A DNA stretch of 40,707 nucleotides from Octopus sinensis (Eukaryota), in assembly GCF_006345805.1 (NCBI RefSeq), contig NW_021836817.1, positions 1 through 40,707 of the forward strand, in the 5' to 3' direction. This document shows positions 21,647 to 34,993 of the stretch, piece by piece. Below the pieces are notes generated by a model. That model worked only from the letters and a program-made list of their open reading frames with translations. It was not told the origin of the DNA and did no database searches. Position 1 is the first letter of the stretch. Each line of letters begins with the position of its first letter. The position numbers and the translations under genes were made by a program.

Positions 21647-21873
21647 TACAAGTGGGGTCAGGGGTGAAAAGTTCCTGGTCTTAAGAGCATCGTGTAAGAC
21701 CAGGCTGGAAGCACAGCCTTATGAGTTATTTTACAAAGTTTAGAAAAACTAAAGGACCAATACAATAAGTTTGTGAATCTGGGAAGGGAATATGTTAAAT
21801 GAAATCATAATTAACTGAACCTTTTTTTATTTTCTTTCATTCAAATCCAGGAAATTTTCAGCATCCCCTCATA
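21647..21873 (+). mobile_element. Mariner-derived MITE (inverted relative to 2847 and 3091)
   Basis: TIR-like TGAAAAGTTCCTGG..CCAGGAAATTTTCAGCATCCCCTCATA. Internal LEKLKDQYNKFVNLGREYVK* resembles a mariner transposase C-terminus. Confidence 0.7.
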
Positions 21874-22048
21874 TTTCTAGACAGAGGAAATAAATTTTGC
21901 CCATAAGTCTACTTGCTCCCGGCTGAAATTGCAGTGAACAGCCATATAAAAAATTAGTTTCAATGTTGCCTTTTAATCGGAAAGAAATACCAGTCTAATT
22001 TCATTCAAATCACACTATTCAATTTCATTAAAGATAGGTCACACACAT

Positions 22049-22243
22049 ACAAGCACACGTTTAATTTCATTATGTTTTGTGTCTACATCATAATTATCAT
22101 CCCATATATATTTATATTTGCAATTATTTAGTTGCATTTCAAATTAATTAAATAATTACAATTATTCTGTTTTTGTTTTCCGTCATTAATTGATTTGTGT
22201 TTATATTTTTCCTTGAAATTAAATCCAAAATTTAAACACCATC
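22049..22243 (+). repeat. Second copy of the about 195-bp segment at 20705-20901
   Basis: Direct repeat 1.34 kb downstream. Confidence 0.85.
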
Positions 22244-22987
22244 GATTGGATATATATGTGTGTGTATTTTTAAGCAAACAAAACCCAAAGCTACATAGTC
22301 AGATGACCAGGAGAAAATGCTTTGATCGTGGGTTTGCACCATCGAGGGTGACCTAGGGCAAGTTATCAACAAGAAGAAATAGTTTTTTAACTCTGAAGAG
22401 CTACATCATCATATCAAGCATTGAAGTGGACACATCCAGTGCTGGTGAACAAACAAGACCCTAAATTACTGAAAAGGGGTCGCTATTGTAGTTTTGATTG
22501 CCCCAATAGGACATGTAGTTGTTGTCCTAATAGAAATTCAGTGTCACATCTGGTGCTGCAGGTGACTGAATGAGATCAAAAACAAATGAATTGAGATTAA
22601 AAACTTCCAAGGGTCTGTTTGGCCTTGAGGACTGTGCTGGGTCAAGGGGTGAAAGATAAGTTTTGTAGAGTATATATAGATTCTGTAGTTGGTGTAGCAT
22701 ACCAAGTATACTTCATTTAGTTTAATTATATGAAGTGACAACAGACTGCAGGTTACTTAGTAAAATAAATATTCTACATGCTATGTACCATGATGCTATG
22801 TACCTACCGACTTACCCACCTGTGTTCTTATATATGTACTTACATCCCTATGTACCACCTCCCTATCTACATACATACCATCCTACATACACATATGCAT
22901 GTGTTTATATGTACCATTAACGCACACACATACATGCACCTGAGAAAGCTCTGACACACACACACATATATATATGTGTGTGTGTGC

Positions 22988-23025
<38 letters not shown>

Positions 23026-23172
23026 TGTAAGACCTATCACTGTAGACATTCTATGTATAAATGCTCTAATCAATATACAGCCTTGGTTTTTTTATCTCAT
23101 TACGCAAAATTCATATATAATATATATTTATGCATGTGTGTGTGTCTATTTATATATATATAATATATATCA

Positions 23173-23203
<31 letters not shown>

Positions 23204-23407
23204 ATATATATATACACAACACAGTATATATGTGTATATATAATATATATACATATATTTGTATTAAAATGTTTAAAATGTACACACATGTATATTCATA
23301 TATCTATATATCTGATATATACATAATATATATATTATATATATTTATATATATGTATAACACACACACATATACTACACCATTACACATGCATATTATT
23401 TCGACAG

Positions 23408-23451
23408 GCATTGTATTGTGGCATCCTGATCCCCTCACGAGAACAGCATGA
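23408..23451 (+). other. Candidate short terminal exon (G)[13 protein letters not shown] (duplicate at 24575-24618)
   Basis: Acceptor-like TATTATTTCGACAG|GC with a phase-1 open frame to TGA; unique non-repeat sequence. No homology recognised. Confidence 0.2.
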
Positions 23452-23627
23452 ACATCTCAACTTCCACTTGGATTCCTTCCAAGCTCTTTTATCATTTCAC
23501 AATCATTTTTTTCTATCCCTCTCTTTCTTTCTCTCTTTTATCTTCTTTTGTCTCATCTCACTTGGAATGGATTCATCGTTAATTAAAAGCCATTATTCCA
23601 AGCTACGTTGTGTTTCATATTTTCCAG

Positions 23628-23728
23628 GAGGACGTGCAGGACAACTGACCACGCCTTCATCCACATCACACCCCAGCATCCGCACCAGCACCAGCACCCC
23701 CAACCCCACCACCCCCACCGCTTACTGA
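23628..23728 (+). other. Candidate terminal exon, S/T/P-rich (G)[32 protein letters not shown]; the duplicate at 24794-24919 reads [41 protein letters not shown]
   Basis: Strong acceptor GTGTTTCATATTTTCCAG|GA in both copies. Two 1-nt indels between copies change the frame, so the true peptide is uncertain. Confidence 0.3.
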
Positions 23729-24265
23729 CAGTAGAATCAGCGACCCCCTAAACACCCCACTATTAACACTACACAACCACCTCTGTACTACCGCCTCTAC
23801 ACTGCCAATGACCACACTTCACCCACACTAACATGCCACCACTACATCAATTCTACATCCTGCCTCCCTCCCTCCATCCATCCATCCCTCACTCCGCACA
23901 ACCTACCGACTGCCAATCAATCCTCTCCCCTCCCCCCACCCCACCCTTTACAATTCAACACCACCGTCTGTATAAAACATACATAACACACAGACATAAC
24001 AACATAGATATATACAAACCAAACCCACCAGACCACCACACCAAACCAACACCAACACCCAACACATCACCACCACGTTACTCCCACCGCCGTAACTACT
24101 ACTCTACTACTACACTACTACTATTACTACTTACTATACTACTACTACTACTACTACTACTACTAATACTACTACACCACCATTTCCCACATTTTTCAAT
24201 TCTATCTACCTCTATCAATTTATTTGTGTATGCGTGCATCTAAAAAAGTATATATAAATATATGT

Positions 24266-24299
<34 letters not shown>

Positions 24300-24330
24300 T
24301 TATGCATGTGTGTGTGTCTATTTATATATA

Positions 24331-24386
<56 letters not shown>

Positions 24387-25265
24387 ACACACATATATAT
24401 ATGTGTATATATAATATATATACATATATTTGTATTAAAATGTTTAAAATGTACACACATGTATATTCATATATCTATATATCTGTATATATACATATAT
24501 ATATTATATATATTTATATATATGTATACACACACACACATATACACACTTACACATGCATATTATTTCGACAGGCATTGTATTGTGGCATCCTGATCCC
24601 CTCACGAGAACAGCATGAACATCTCAACTTCCACTTGGATTCCTTCCAAGCTCTTTTATCATTTCACAATCATTTTTTTCTATCCCTCTCTTTCTTTCTC
24701 TCTTTTATCTTCTTTTGTCTCATCTCACTTGGAATGGATGCATCGTTAATTAAAAGCCATTATTCCAAGCACGTTGTGTTTCATATTTTCCAGGAGGACG
24801 TGTCAGGACAACTGACCACTGCCTTCATCCACATCACACCCCAGCATCCGCACCAGCACCAGCACCCCCAACCCCACCACCCCCACCGCTTACTGACAGT
24901 AGAATCAGCGACCCCCTAAACACCCCACTATTAACACTACACAACCACCTCTGTACTACCGCCTCTACACTGCCAATGACCACACTTCACCCACACTAAC
25001 ATTGCCACCACTACATCACTTCTACATCCCTGCCTCCCTCCCTCCATCCATCCATCCCTCACTCCGCACAACCTACCGACTGCAATCAATCCTCTCCCCT
25101 CCCCCCACCCCACCCTTTAACAATTCAACACCACCGTCTGTATAAAACATACATAACACAGACATAACAACATAGATATATACAAACCAAACCCACCACG
25201 ACCACCACCACCAACACCAACACCAACACCAACACCATCACCACCACGTTACTCCCACCGCCGTA

Positions 25266-25296
<31 letters not shown>

Positions 25297-25297
25297 T

Positions 25298-25348
<51 letters not shown>

Positions 25349-25435
25349 CATCATTTTCACATTTTTCAATTCTATCTACCTCTATCAATTTATTTGTGTA
25401 TGCGTGCATCTAAAAAAGTATATATAAATATATGT

Positions 25436-25466
<31 letters not shown>

Positions 25467-25811
25467 CACACACTCACACACACATATGTATGTATACATC
25501 GATGCACCCCCACATATATGAATACATACATACAGGCATGCATACATACAAACGTACGTACATACACACTCACATACACATACATTATCTCTTGCAGTGA
25601 AGTATATTAAATTGGTGGTGAGAGGGGAGCAATAAAAATAGACAGAGTGAAGGAGAGAGGGAGTGAGAGAGAGAGTAAAAGGAAGAGAGAGAGAGAAGAG
25701 AGAAAGAGAAAGATAGAGAGAAAGAGAGAGAAATGATACTTGAAATATATGTCTGCATTTTTTTATGCATTTTATTTATTTATTTGTTCTCCTTCTTCTT
25801 ATTATTATTAT

Positions 25812-25864
<53 letters not shown>

Positions 25865-27001
25865 TTGTTATTATTATCATTATTATTATTATTATTATTA
25901 TTATTAACATTTAGTATCATTCTGTGTCTGAAACATATTTCTTTGTAGCTGCATTTGTTGAAGATGCTGCCGGAGGTGGTGGTGGTGGTGGTGGTGGTGG
26001 TAGCGGTGTTAGTGTTTTGTTGGTCGTGATGATGGTGTTGGTGGTGGTGATGATACTGCAGCTTATAGTGTTGTTGTTAGAAGCAATGTTGTTGGTAGTT
26101 ATCATTGTTGCTGTTGTTTTAACCCCAAGTCAACCCTGAATGCAAAACTTATGATCAAAATCATTCCAGGCATGGCCATCACAAAAATTTCCTTATACAT
26201 AAGCAACCCAGGACAGTATCTGAAATGTCTTTTTTAAAAATGACAGAATTTAAAATGTAGGTGATTTGACTGCTATATCTAGCATGTTGAGCGACCAAAG
26301 AGCCATTCTCAAAAAGATGATAATGATGTTAAGGGCAATGATGTATAAATTGTGTGGTTGTTATAAAATTATTGTGGCAGCAGTGAAGATCATTGTTTAG
26401 GTGCTACACACTGGGCTGACGCTGCTGTTGGGCTTTAAGCCCTGGCCAACTCTTATCAAACACACATGCTCGAAAGACAATCCAGATGTGCCCATCCCAC
26501 CAATGAGGGATTTCACACACCATGTATTACGCTATATAAAAAAGTGGTTTCTAGTTTTAATAGAGCATGAATTGAGGGAGATTTAGCTGCTATTTCATGC
26601 AGGTGGTGGGACTATTTATATGCTCCCTAGGTGGTAGCAGCTGATAGTGGCAATGGTGAAGTTGGTCATGGGTGGCTGTGACCATGGGGAAACACATGGA
26701 TTTGGCATTGTTCAATGCAGTTATTACATACATGCCAACATACATACATGTGTTGTGTGCATATATGTCTGTATACATGCACATATGCTATATGCATGTA
26801 TTTATGTATATACACTTATATGTTTATATATACATATACAAATATATATATATATAAATATGAATCTGAATCTGGAAACATATGTATCCATGTGGTATAT
26901 ACATAATATCCATATATATTTGGTGGTGTGTATGTGGTATATATGTGTGTGGTATATATATGTATCTATAATATATATATAGTATATATATATAAACACA
27001 C

Positions 27002-27053
<52 letters not shown>

Positions 27054-27318
27054 ATATATATTATATATATATATATATATACACATATATTATATATATA
27101 CATACATGTGTATATATATATATATATATATTTATTATATATATAGGGACAGAAGTGATAAATAGTGATGTGTATAAATAAAAAACTCGTTACCAGTTCA
27201 AAAACCAGTGAATAGCTTTCATACCGGCTGAATATGCCTCAAGCATAATTGAACCGGTAACAAGTTTGTACAAATGCTATTCCTGTGTATGTGCATGCAC
27301 GTGCCATACGTGTATGTT

Positions 27319-27360
<42 letters not shown>

Positions 27361-27369
27361 ATATATATG

Positions 27370-27432
<63 letters not shown>

Positions 27433-27559
27433 TATGTATATATGTGTATATGTATATATGTATACACTTATATATTTCTATTTATATATTATAGTCCAGC
27501 CCATGACAGTCTGGAAGTTGGACGTTAAATGGTGATGATATCTGCATGCATAGACATAC

Positions 27560-27625
27560 AAACAAAAGTCTGTGGGTCCACTGGGTCCCGACGGTAGGGC
27601 TCAAACAGTATCTACTGGGCAACTC
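27560..27625 (-). other. Candidate 66-nt exon on the minus strand
   Basis: Minus strand: TTTTCAATCTGTTTGTTTTCCATACTGTCAG|GAG..TTT|GTATGT, with open frame ELPSRYCLSPTVGTQWTHRLLF. An inner TAG acceptor gives a 52-nt exon ILFEPYRRDPVDPQTFV. No homology recognised. Confidence 0.25.
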
Positions 27626-27877
27626 CTGACAGTATGGAAAACAAACAGATTGAAAATGAAAATAGTAAGGATGGATAGACATTCACACACACACACAAAC
27701 ACATAGATATATATACACATATACATATATGTACATATATATTTATATATGTATATAATATATATATATATATAATATATTATATATATATATATTTATA
27801 TACATATATGTACATATATATTTATATATATATATATGTATACATTTTTATATATATATATATATATTTATATACAT

Positions 27878-27913
<36 letters not shown>

Positions 27914-28528
27914 TGCACATATATATTATATGTGCATATTTCTGTGTGTGTGGATATATGTATATATTTGCTCAGACATGCATGTATATATATATATATA
28001 CATTCAACAAATTTTTATATATATGCATTTGTATATATATATGTGTGTGTGTGTGCACAAGCACACACACACATTCACACACCTTATATATCTACTTACA
28101 AGGCATAAGTTTCAAACATCACATTGTATTAACACACAGGAGATCTCTTTTTAAACAGTTATCATATGACTGGGCATTTCACATAGCTTCTAAGCCCTGT
28201 GGCTATATATAATATCCAATGCCTTACCATTTGATAACGTCTCAGTGAGGTACACACAGTAAGCTGATACACTAAAGTTTAATTGTATGAAATGTAAATG
28301 TACATACATGCAAACATAGCTGGCTGGTTGTATGTATGTATATTTGCATGTATGTATGTATGTATGTATGCATGTATGTATGTACGTACGTATGTATGTA
28401 TAACAAATGCACACATATACATATAGATGCATATCTATAAATATACATATATGCATATATATACACACATATATATATATAATATAATACTTACATATAA
28501 AAATATATACTTATATAAATATATATAT

Positions 28529-28572
<44 letters not shown>

Positions 28573-28688
28573 TACATACATATATATATGTATGTATATA
28601 TGTATGTATACATACATATATATATTATACACACATATATATATATGTGTGTGTATATATATATCTATATATATGAAATATATACATA

Positions 28689-28839
28689 GGCATAGGAGTG
28701 GTTGTGTTGTAAGTAGCTTGCTTACCAACCACATGGTTCCAGGTTCAGTCCCACTGCGTGGTACCTTGGGCAAGTGTTTTCCACGATAGCTTAGGGCCAT
28801 TGAAAGCCTTGTGTGTGGATTTGGTCATGTATGTATATT

Positions 28840-28880
<41 letters not shown>

Positions 28881-29135
28881 TCTATGTGTGTGCGTGTGTG
28901 TATATGTTTGTGCGACTGTGGTTGTCCCCTGCCACCATCGCCTGACACTGATACTGGTGTGTTTACATCCCCATAACTTAGCAGTTCAGCAAAGGACACC
29001 AATAAAATAAGTACTAGGCTTACAAAGAATAAGTCCTGGGGTCGATTTTTTCGACTAAAGGCAGTGCTCCAACATGGCCGCAGACAAATGACTGAAACAA
29101 ATGAAAGAATAAAAGAATAAAAGAATAAAAGAATA
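28689..29135 (+). mobile_element. SINE family A, full length
   Basis: GGCATAGGAGTGGTTGTG..GGTTCAGTCCCACTGCG..ACCTTGGGCAAGTG..(TG)n..GACTGAAACAAATG(AAAGAATA)n. Confidence 0.85.
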
Positions 29136-29497
29136 CCTAGATTTATCGTATATGAATGTATATATGTGTTTGTGAGTGCGTACCTGCGTCCATGTGTGTG
29201 CATGTGTGTATTTGTATGTGTATGAATGTATATGTATGAACAGAAGGAGATATAGAAATAAGTACATGTATTCATACACACATACATATCTATACATATA
29301 CACACTCACATATATATGCATACACACACACACATATATACACACAATTGCACAAACTCACAAGATAAATACATATAACTATGTATGTGTATATATATAT
29401 ATATACATATGCATATATATATATATATTATATATGTACATATGCATATATATATATACATATATATATATGTACATATGCATATATATAATACAAC

Positions 29498-29529
<32 letters not shown>

Positions 29530-29548
29530 CATATATATATACATATAC

Positions 29549-29613
<65 letters not shown>

Positions 29614-29877
29614 TATATACAGTAATACATAGGTAACACATTGTTACTTATGAATGACGCGTGTCACTACAGAGTTCTCAACAATCCACTATTTCACATC
29701 CCAGCTATTGCTGGAATCTACCTCCCCCGCTATCCATCACACGCCTATCACATTATCGAAATCATCATCAAACAATGGAAATGAAATAAATAGAAATCCT
29801 GCACATATGCGCATTTCTGTATGTGAATGGTGTTTGTGAGTGTATGTGGTTGTGTGTGGAGGTACATTATGCTATAT

Positions 29878-29911
<34 letters not shown>

Positions 29912-29992
29912 TATACACACACAACTATATTCAAATGTAAGCTCACACACATACATAATGATAATATATTTATAGAGATATAAGTGTGTGTG

Positions 29993-30033
<41 letters not shown>

Positions 30034-30135
30034 AAGTATACATATGTATATATATATATATGTATGTATATATATATATATATGTGTGTATATACATATA
30101 TATGTATATACACACATATATACATATATATATAC

Positions 30136-30174
<39 letters not shown>

Positions 30175-30654
30175 TATGCATATATATATACATATATAAG
30201 ACTTCAAAAGCTTTGTGCTAATGGAGGACGTGATGTATCAAAAGTGCTGTATATATCTTGATTAATTTCGCAGGGAATTGCAGACAATCACAAGAATTAA
30301 GGAATTAGTAACGACTTACCGATTCTATGTCTATTTAGGAATTAACTCATGTACTTTCTTTTATTTTCATTTCAACTATTCTCTTAACATTTTCGAATGT
30401 GATTGTGTCGTTTTTTTTTTTTTTTTTTTTTCCTCTTTTTGCCCAAAAAAGAAAAATATTTAGATCCTTTTTATGATGTCTTTTTTTCCGTTTGTGGGTC
30501 GGAGGCTTTCTTCGTTGTTATTGTTGCTCTCTTTGTTGTTCTAATATTCGCTTCTGATTTGCATTGTTACTATCATCATCATTATCATCATCATCATCAT
30601 TATTATGTTGTTGTTGTTAGTATTACTATTACTAATATTATTATTGATATTGAG

Positions 30655-31110
30655 GATAGTGGAATGGCAGCATTGTTAGAACTTTGGACCAAATGATTTT
30701 TTTTTTTAGGGATTTTATTATGGCCCTTTATATTCTGAGTTCAGATTTTGTTGGGGTCAAATTTCCCTTTCATCCTGATGGTGTTGACAGAATTTATTGC
30801 CAATCAAGTACTGGAGGGGATTTAATCAACTGTATCCTGCTCCTAATTTTGAGGTCTTCTGTCTAATTTAGATATCAATAAATTTCGTGGATTTAGCTGA
30901 ATCATTAGAGCGTGGGGTCAAGTGTCATATGGTATTTAGTTCTAGCTCTTATACATACCAATTTCAAATCCTACTGTCATTGGTCATCTTTCTCTACCCG
31001 AGAAAATATTTTACCTGTGATATATTGGGTTTAATTCATTTGACCAGATCTTCCTCCAAAATTTTTAGCTCCTTTGTCAACGTAAGAAATTATCATATTA
31101 TTATCATTAA
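30655..31110 (+). mobile_element. Two old, diverged SINE family C copies in tandem
   Basis: Residual TTCTGAGTTCA, TTTCATCC, TACTGG and (ATT)n motifs at about 30655-30875 and 30890-31110. Confidence 0.45.
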
Positions 31111-31143
<33 letters not shown>

Positions 31144-31144
<1 letters not shown>

Positions 31145-31300
31145 GAGTGAAAGAGCAGTGCATGCCATTAAAGTGATACTGGGGTAAAATATACGAAGCC
31201 CAGTATACCCATCATGACAACCCCTCTGATAAGGGTACACTAGGCACATGCATCTCAACCATATGTGCACAACGTGGTGATCTCATATCAAGATAAATAG
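31144..31300. mobile_element. Probable interspersed repeat fragment between (ATT)n and (ACT)n tracts
   Basis: Bounded by microsatellites. I recall similar sequence as a common octopus repeat, but there is no second copy in the window to confirm it. Confidence 0.3.
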
Positions 31301-31310
31301 CTATTATTAT

Positions 31311-31370
<60 letters not shown>

Positions 31371-31887
31371 AACTACTACTACTACTACTACTACTATCAC
31401 TGTTATTGTTATTATTTATTTTGCTGCTAATATCCAGCTAGGATGTGTGGAATTTGAACAAGAATAACATCGGAATGTCATTTTACTGTTCTGACTCTCT
31501 GTTGATGAATTTTTACTGTGTTCAACCTTCTAATTCCATTTTTATTTTTCCCCATGCTAATCTTTGTAACATAAGTACCAGTTATACACAATGAATCTAT
31601 TCAGTGAACTCAAAATATATCTGTGATTTTTCTGGGCCCAAAGCAATAATAAGGCTAAATGAACAATGCATTTAGTCATGTACATTAAGGCTGTGTATAA
31701 TCAGGAGCTTTATGACCAGAATAAGTTGGAAGTTTACTGATCTACCATCAGACAGCAATATCTTCAACAAAGCAACACTACAATGATACACTAGCTAGGA
31801 GTGTCTTCAGTAATACTTTAATATATTGCTAAGCTCTCACCTATGTATTAAATTAGAGCCAGTAGTAGTAGTAGTAGTAGTAGTAGT

Positions 31888-31946
<59 letters not shown>

Positions 31947-32329
31947 TAGTAGTAGTAGTCTGGTTTAATTCACCTTTCAACCTAGAAGGACCCCAGGTGT
32001 CATAGGAATTTCTTACTCATGGACAAATGCAATAAGCTCTTCAACTCACATATCATTAAGGTTAGTAATTCCTGTATGGACAATACAGTTTCCCCAGATC
32101 AAATAAAACAGCTGCAGACTTATCACTCATGCACAACCACCAGCATGACAAAAAGAACTTATATCTACTGAAATCGACCTGTTTGCTCTGAGGATCCACC
32201 TTTTCCATAATTAGAAGATGTATAATGAGGAACTATAACTCCTCTGAATGATATTGGATTCAGGTATTATTCATGGCCAGCAGTTTTGGGATAGAGTGAA
32301 AGTTGATTACATCAATCCCAGTGCTCAAC

Positions 32330-32630
32330 TCCTATGAATAATATTGGTTTGAAATTTTGGCATAAGGCCAGTAATTTCAGGGGCATGGGTAAGTCAATTA
32401 CACCCACCCCAGTGTTCAACTGGTACTTCTTTTATAGTCCATCCCATGCCAGCATGAACAATGGACTTGAATGATGATGATGATGATGATGACGACGACG
32501 ACGACGACGACGATGATGATGATGATGATGATGATGAGGAGGAGGAGGAGGAGGAGCAGGGAATGATGATAACAATAATGATCCCTGAAAAGATGAAAGG
32601 CAAAGTCTACCTTGGCAGAATTTGAACTCT
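32330..32630 (-). mobile_element. SINE family C interrupted by a (GAT)n-tailed retroposon end
   Basis: CCCCAGTGTTCAACTGGTACTT (about 32410-32430) and GATGAAAGGCAAAGTCTACCTTGGCAGAATTTGAACT (about 32592-32630) are separated by CCCATGCCAGCATG..(GAT/GAC/GAG)n. Confidence 0.6.
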
Positions 32631-33921
32631 TTTCTCACCCCAAAATCAGAAGAATTTTCCAGTTCCCAATACTCTTGTAGATTTTAGGTAGAAAATATTC
32701 ATCATCTCCGAATGCCTGATCATATGTGTGTGTATGTGTATACATGTGTGTGTATGTGTATGTGTGTGTGTGTGTGTGTTTGTTTGTGTGTACATCTGTG
32801 TATTTATTTCTTACGTCATTGATTAAGTTGCGAGTCTTCAATATCACGTAACTTAGTAGCTTAATGAATAGAATTTACAAAATAATCATCAAAATGAATT
32901 TTGTTTGAAAGCGGTGCTCTAGCATGACCATATTCTAATGGTGGGAACCAGTGAAATACATTCACGCACATACACACACAAACACCCACAAATACATGTG
33001 TGTATTTGTGGGTGTATTTATGTATATATGTGTTCAAGCATGCTTGTATATGTACATACGGTTGAAAGAAAGAGGAAAGGTGAAAAAGAAGATATAAAAG
33101 AATGAAATGAGTGAGGGAAAAGAGGAAAGAGAGAGGAGAGAGGGAGAGGGACAGGAGAGAGGGAGAGAGAGAGAGAAAAATGTGCAGAAGTTGCAGCTTT
33201 GGTTGTCCAGCATCATGGAGACTGGTCAAGTCAGCTGATTGTACTTCAGTGCCAAAACAACTGTCCAGCTGGCTAACTGCCCAGCCAACCAGCTGACTGG
33301 CCAGCTGATGACCTAAGCAATGATGTAAAGAACTAAGTGACCAGACAGCGGTGGTCAGTTAATAACAACACAAAGAAGCAGTGAGGAAACTTCTATGTGG
33401 TCATTTGACTTGCTAAAAATATCAGCCAAATCTTCTTTAACAAAATGAAGGACACAAATGATATAATGTTGCTCAAGTTACTTGTGGAAAAAATAGATTA
33501 GTCAAGGCTGGATCTGCTGGATTAGGGGCGACCTTGGGTTAAATAATAGCAACAACTGATACAGTCATCATCCATGGATGCATCTTTAGTTCCATGGTTA
33601 AAAGTTTGTTTTACTATACAAGTTTGATTCTTCTGAGTGACATCTTAGGCAAGTGTTTTCTACTAAGGCCATTAGTTGATTAGTACCTTGTCACTTGAGT
33701 TTGAAAGACTAAAACACAATGTGTATGAGTGTGTGTGTGTGCACATATAGTATGTATGTATACACATAAATATATATATGTATATATATGTATATATATA
33801 TGTGAATGGGTATGTGTATATATGTATATATCATCATCATCATCATCATCGTTTAACGTCCGCTTTCCATGCTAGCATGGGTATATATATATATATATTA
33901 TATATATCTATATATATATAT

Positions 33922-34155
33922 TGCTTTGCAGGAAGGACTGTTTCAACGAAGTCACATCTTGTCCTTGCCTTCGCAAACGCAGAGTAGATGAAACAGGGAC
34001 AACTGAAGAAGGGGAATATTCTTAATGTTGTATGTCTCGTTTTTCTGTTTGTTTTTTCCGTTGTTCAAAAAAGAGTTCGTTTCTATATTTTTGTTTTTAT
34101 GTTTTCGTTTCTCATTGTGTTCAACGTCTTTTTGATGTCCTGTACCCATATATGC
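33922..34155 (+). mobile_element. Interspersed repeat family H
   Basis: GCAGGAAGG..GCCTTCG..GACAACTGAAGAAGGGG..TTTGATGTCCTGTACCCATATATGCA; homologous to 8490-8700. Confidence 0.55.
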
Positions 34156-34778
34156 ATGTATATATACATATATATATGTATGTATATATAGTATATATAT
34201 ATGTATGATATATATTTATATTATTATATTATTATATTATATAATATATATATATATTATATATAATATATATTATTATATTATAAATTATATATGACAT
34301 AAAATGTATATGAAGGTTATGTTTTTGGCAAATGTTGGTGAAATTCAAAAAATAATTGAAAAGCAGCCCTTTCTAAGTGATATCTCAACTTGCAATTATA
34401 TCTCCCCTTCTCCCTCTTGCTGTTATCTCCTTCTTGCTGTTAGAAATATGTTGAACTAGTAACTGGTCTGTTGGAAACCAGTAACCAAAGATGGTATTCT
34501 TCACAAATTGTGACTATAAGTAAGTAAAATTATAGCACCTCGCCACTATATATAAATCAACCAGTTCCAACATCTCTCAAACTGAGCAGTCAATTGGACA
34601 GAATGCCAGATACCCATTTGGTTATTGTTCTGTCCAGCTGAAGGACTGAGGAACTTTTAAATTAATCTTCCAGTAAAATATGGAATTAAATGACTGTTTG
34701 ATTAACTAACCAACTATCCAGCCAAGAGCCTCTTCTTGGCTGACCTACCTGTTAATGACAGTACCGAGGTGTCTTTAA

Positions 34779-34993
34779 CCCTTTCATTACCAACCTGGCT
34801 GAAACCGGCTCTGGTTCTGAATGCAAATGTCTTGTTTTCATAAGTTTACAGTTAAAATCTTCCACCAAACCTTAGTCACAATTTATGTTCCAAACATTAG
34901 GTTAATGGTAACTAAGTTATTTTACTAAATTCTTTATTATAAGTAATTAAAAGAGACACAGAGCATCTCAAAATAAATACAGTAACGAAAAGG
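34779..34993. mobile_element. piggyBac-type MITE with TTAA target-site duplication
   Basis: TTAA-CCCTTTCATTAC ... GTAACGAAAAGG-TTAA (imperfect 12-bp TIRs). Confidence 0.75.

Larger units (their letters stand above)
23121..25465 (+). repeat. Tandem duplication, period about 1170 bp
   Basis: TCGACAG|GCATTG ends at 23407 and 24574; all non-microsatellite sequence is repeated. Differences are mainly 1-nt indels. Confidence 0.9.

Noticed and set aside
26700-30260. Numerous Tyr/Ile/Cys/Val/His-rich ORFs here and across the window
   Set aside because: All are (TA)n, (TG)n, (CA)n or (TATG)n translations.
33180-33360. Cluster of CAGCTG E-box motifs
   Set aside because: Explained by decayed CCAG/CTAG-type simple repeats, also seen at 35400-35760.
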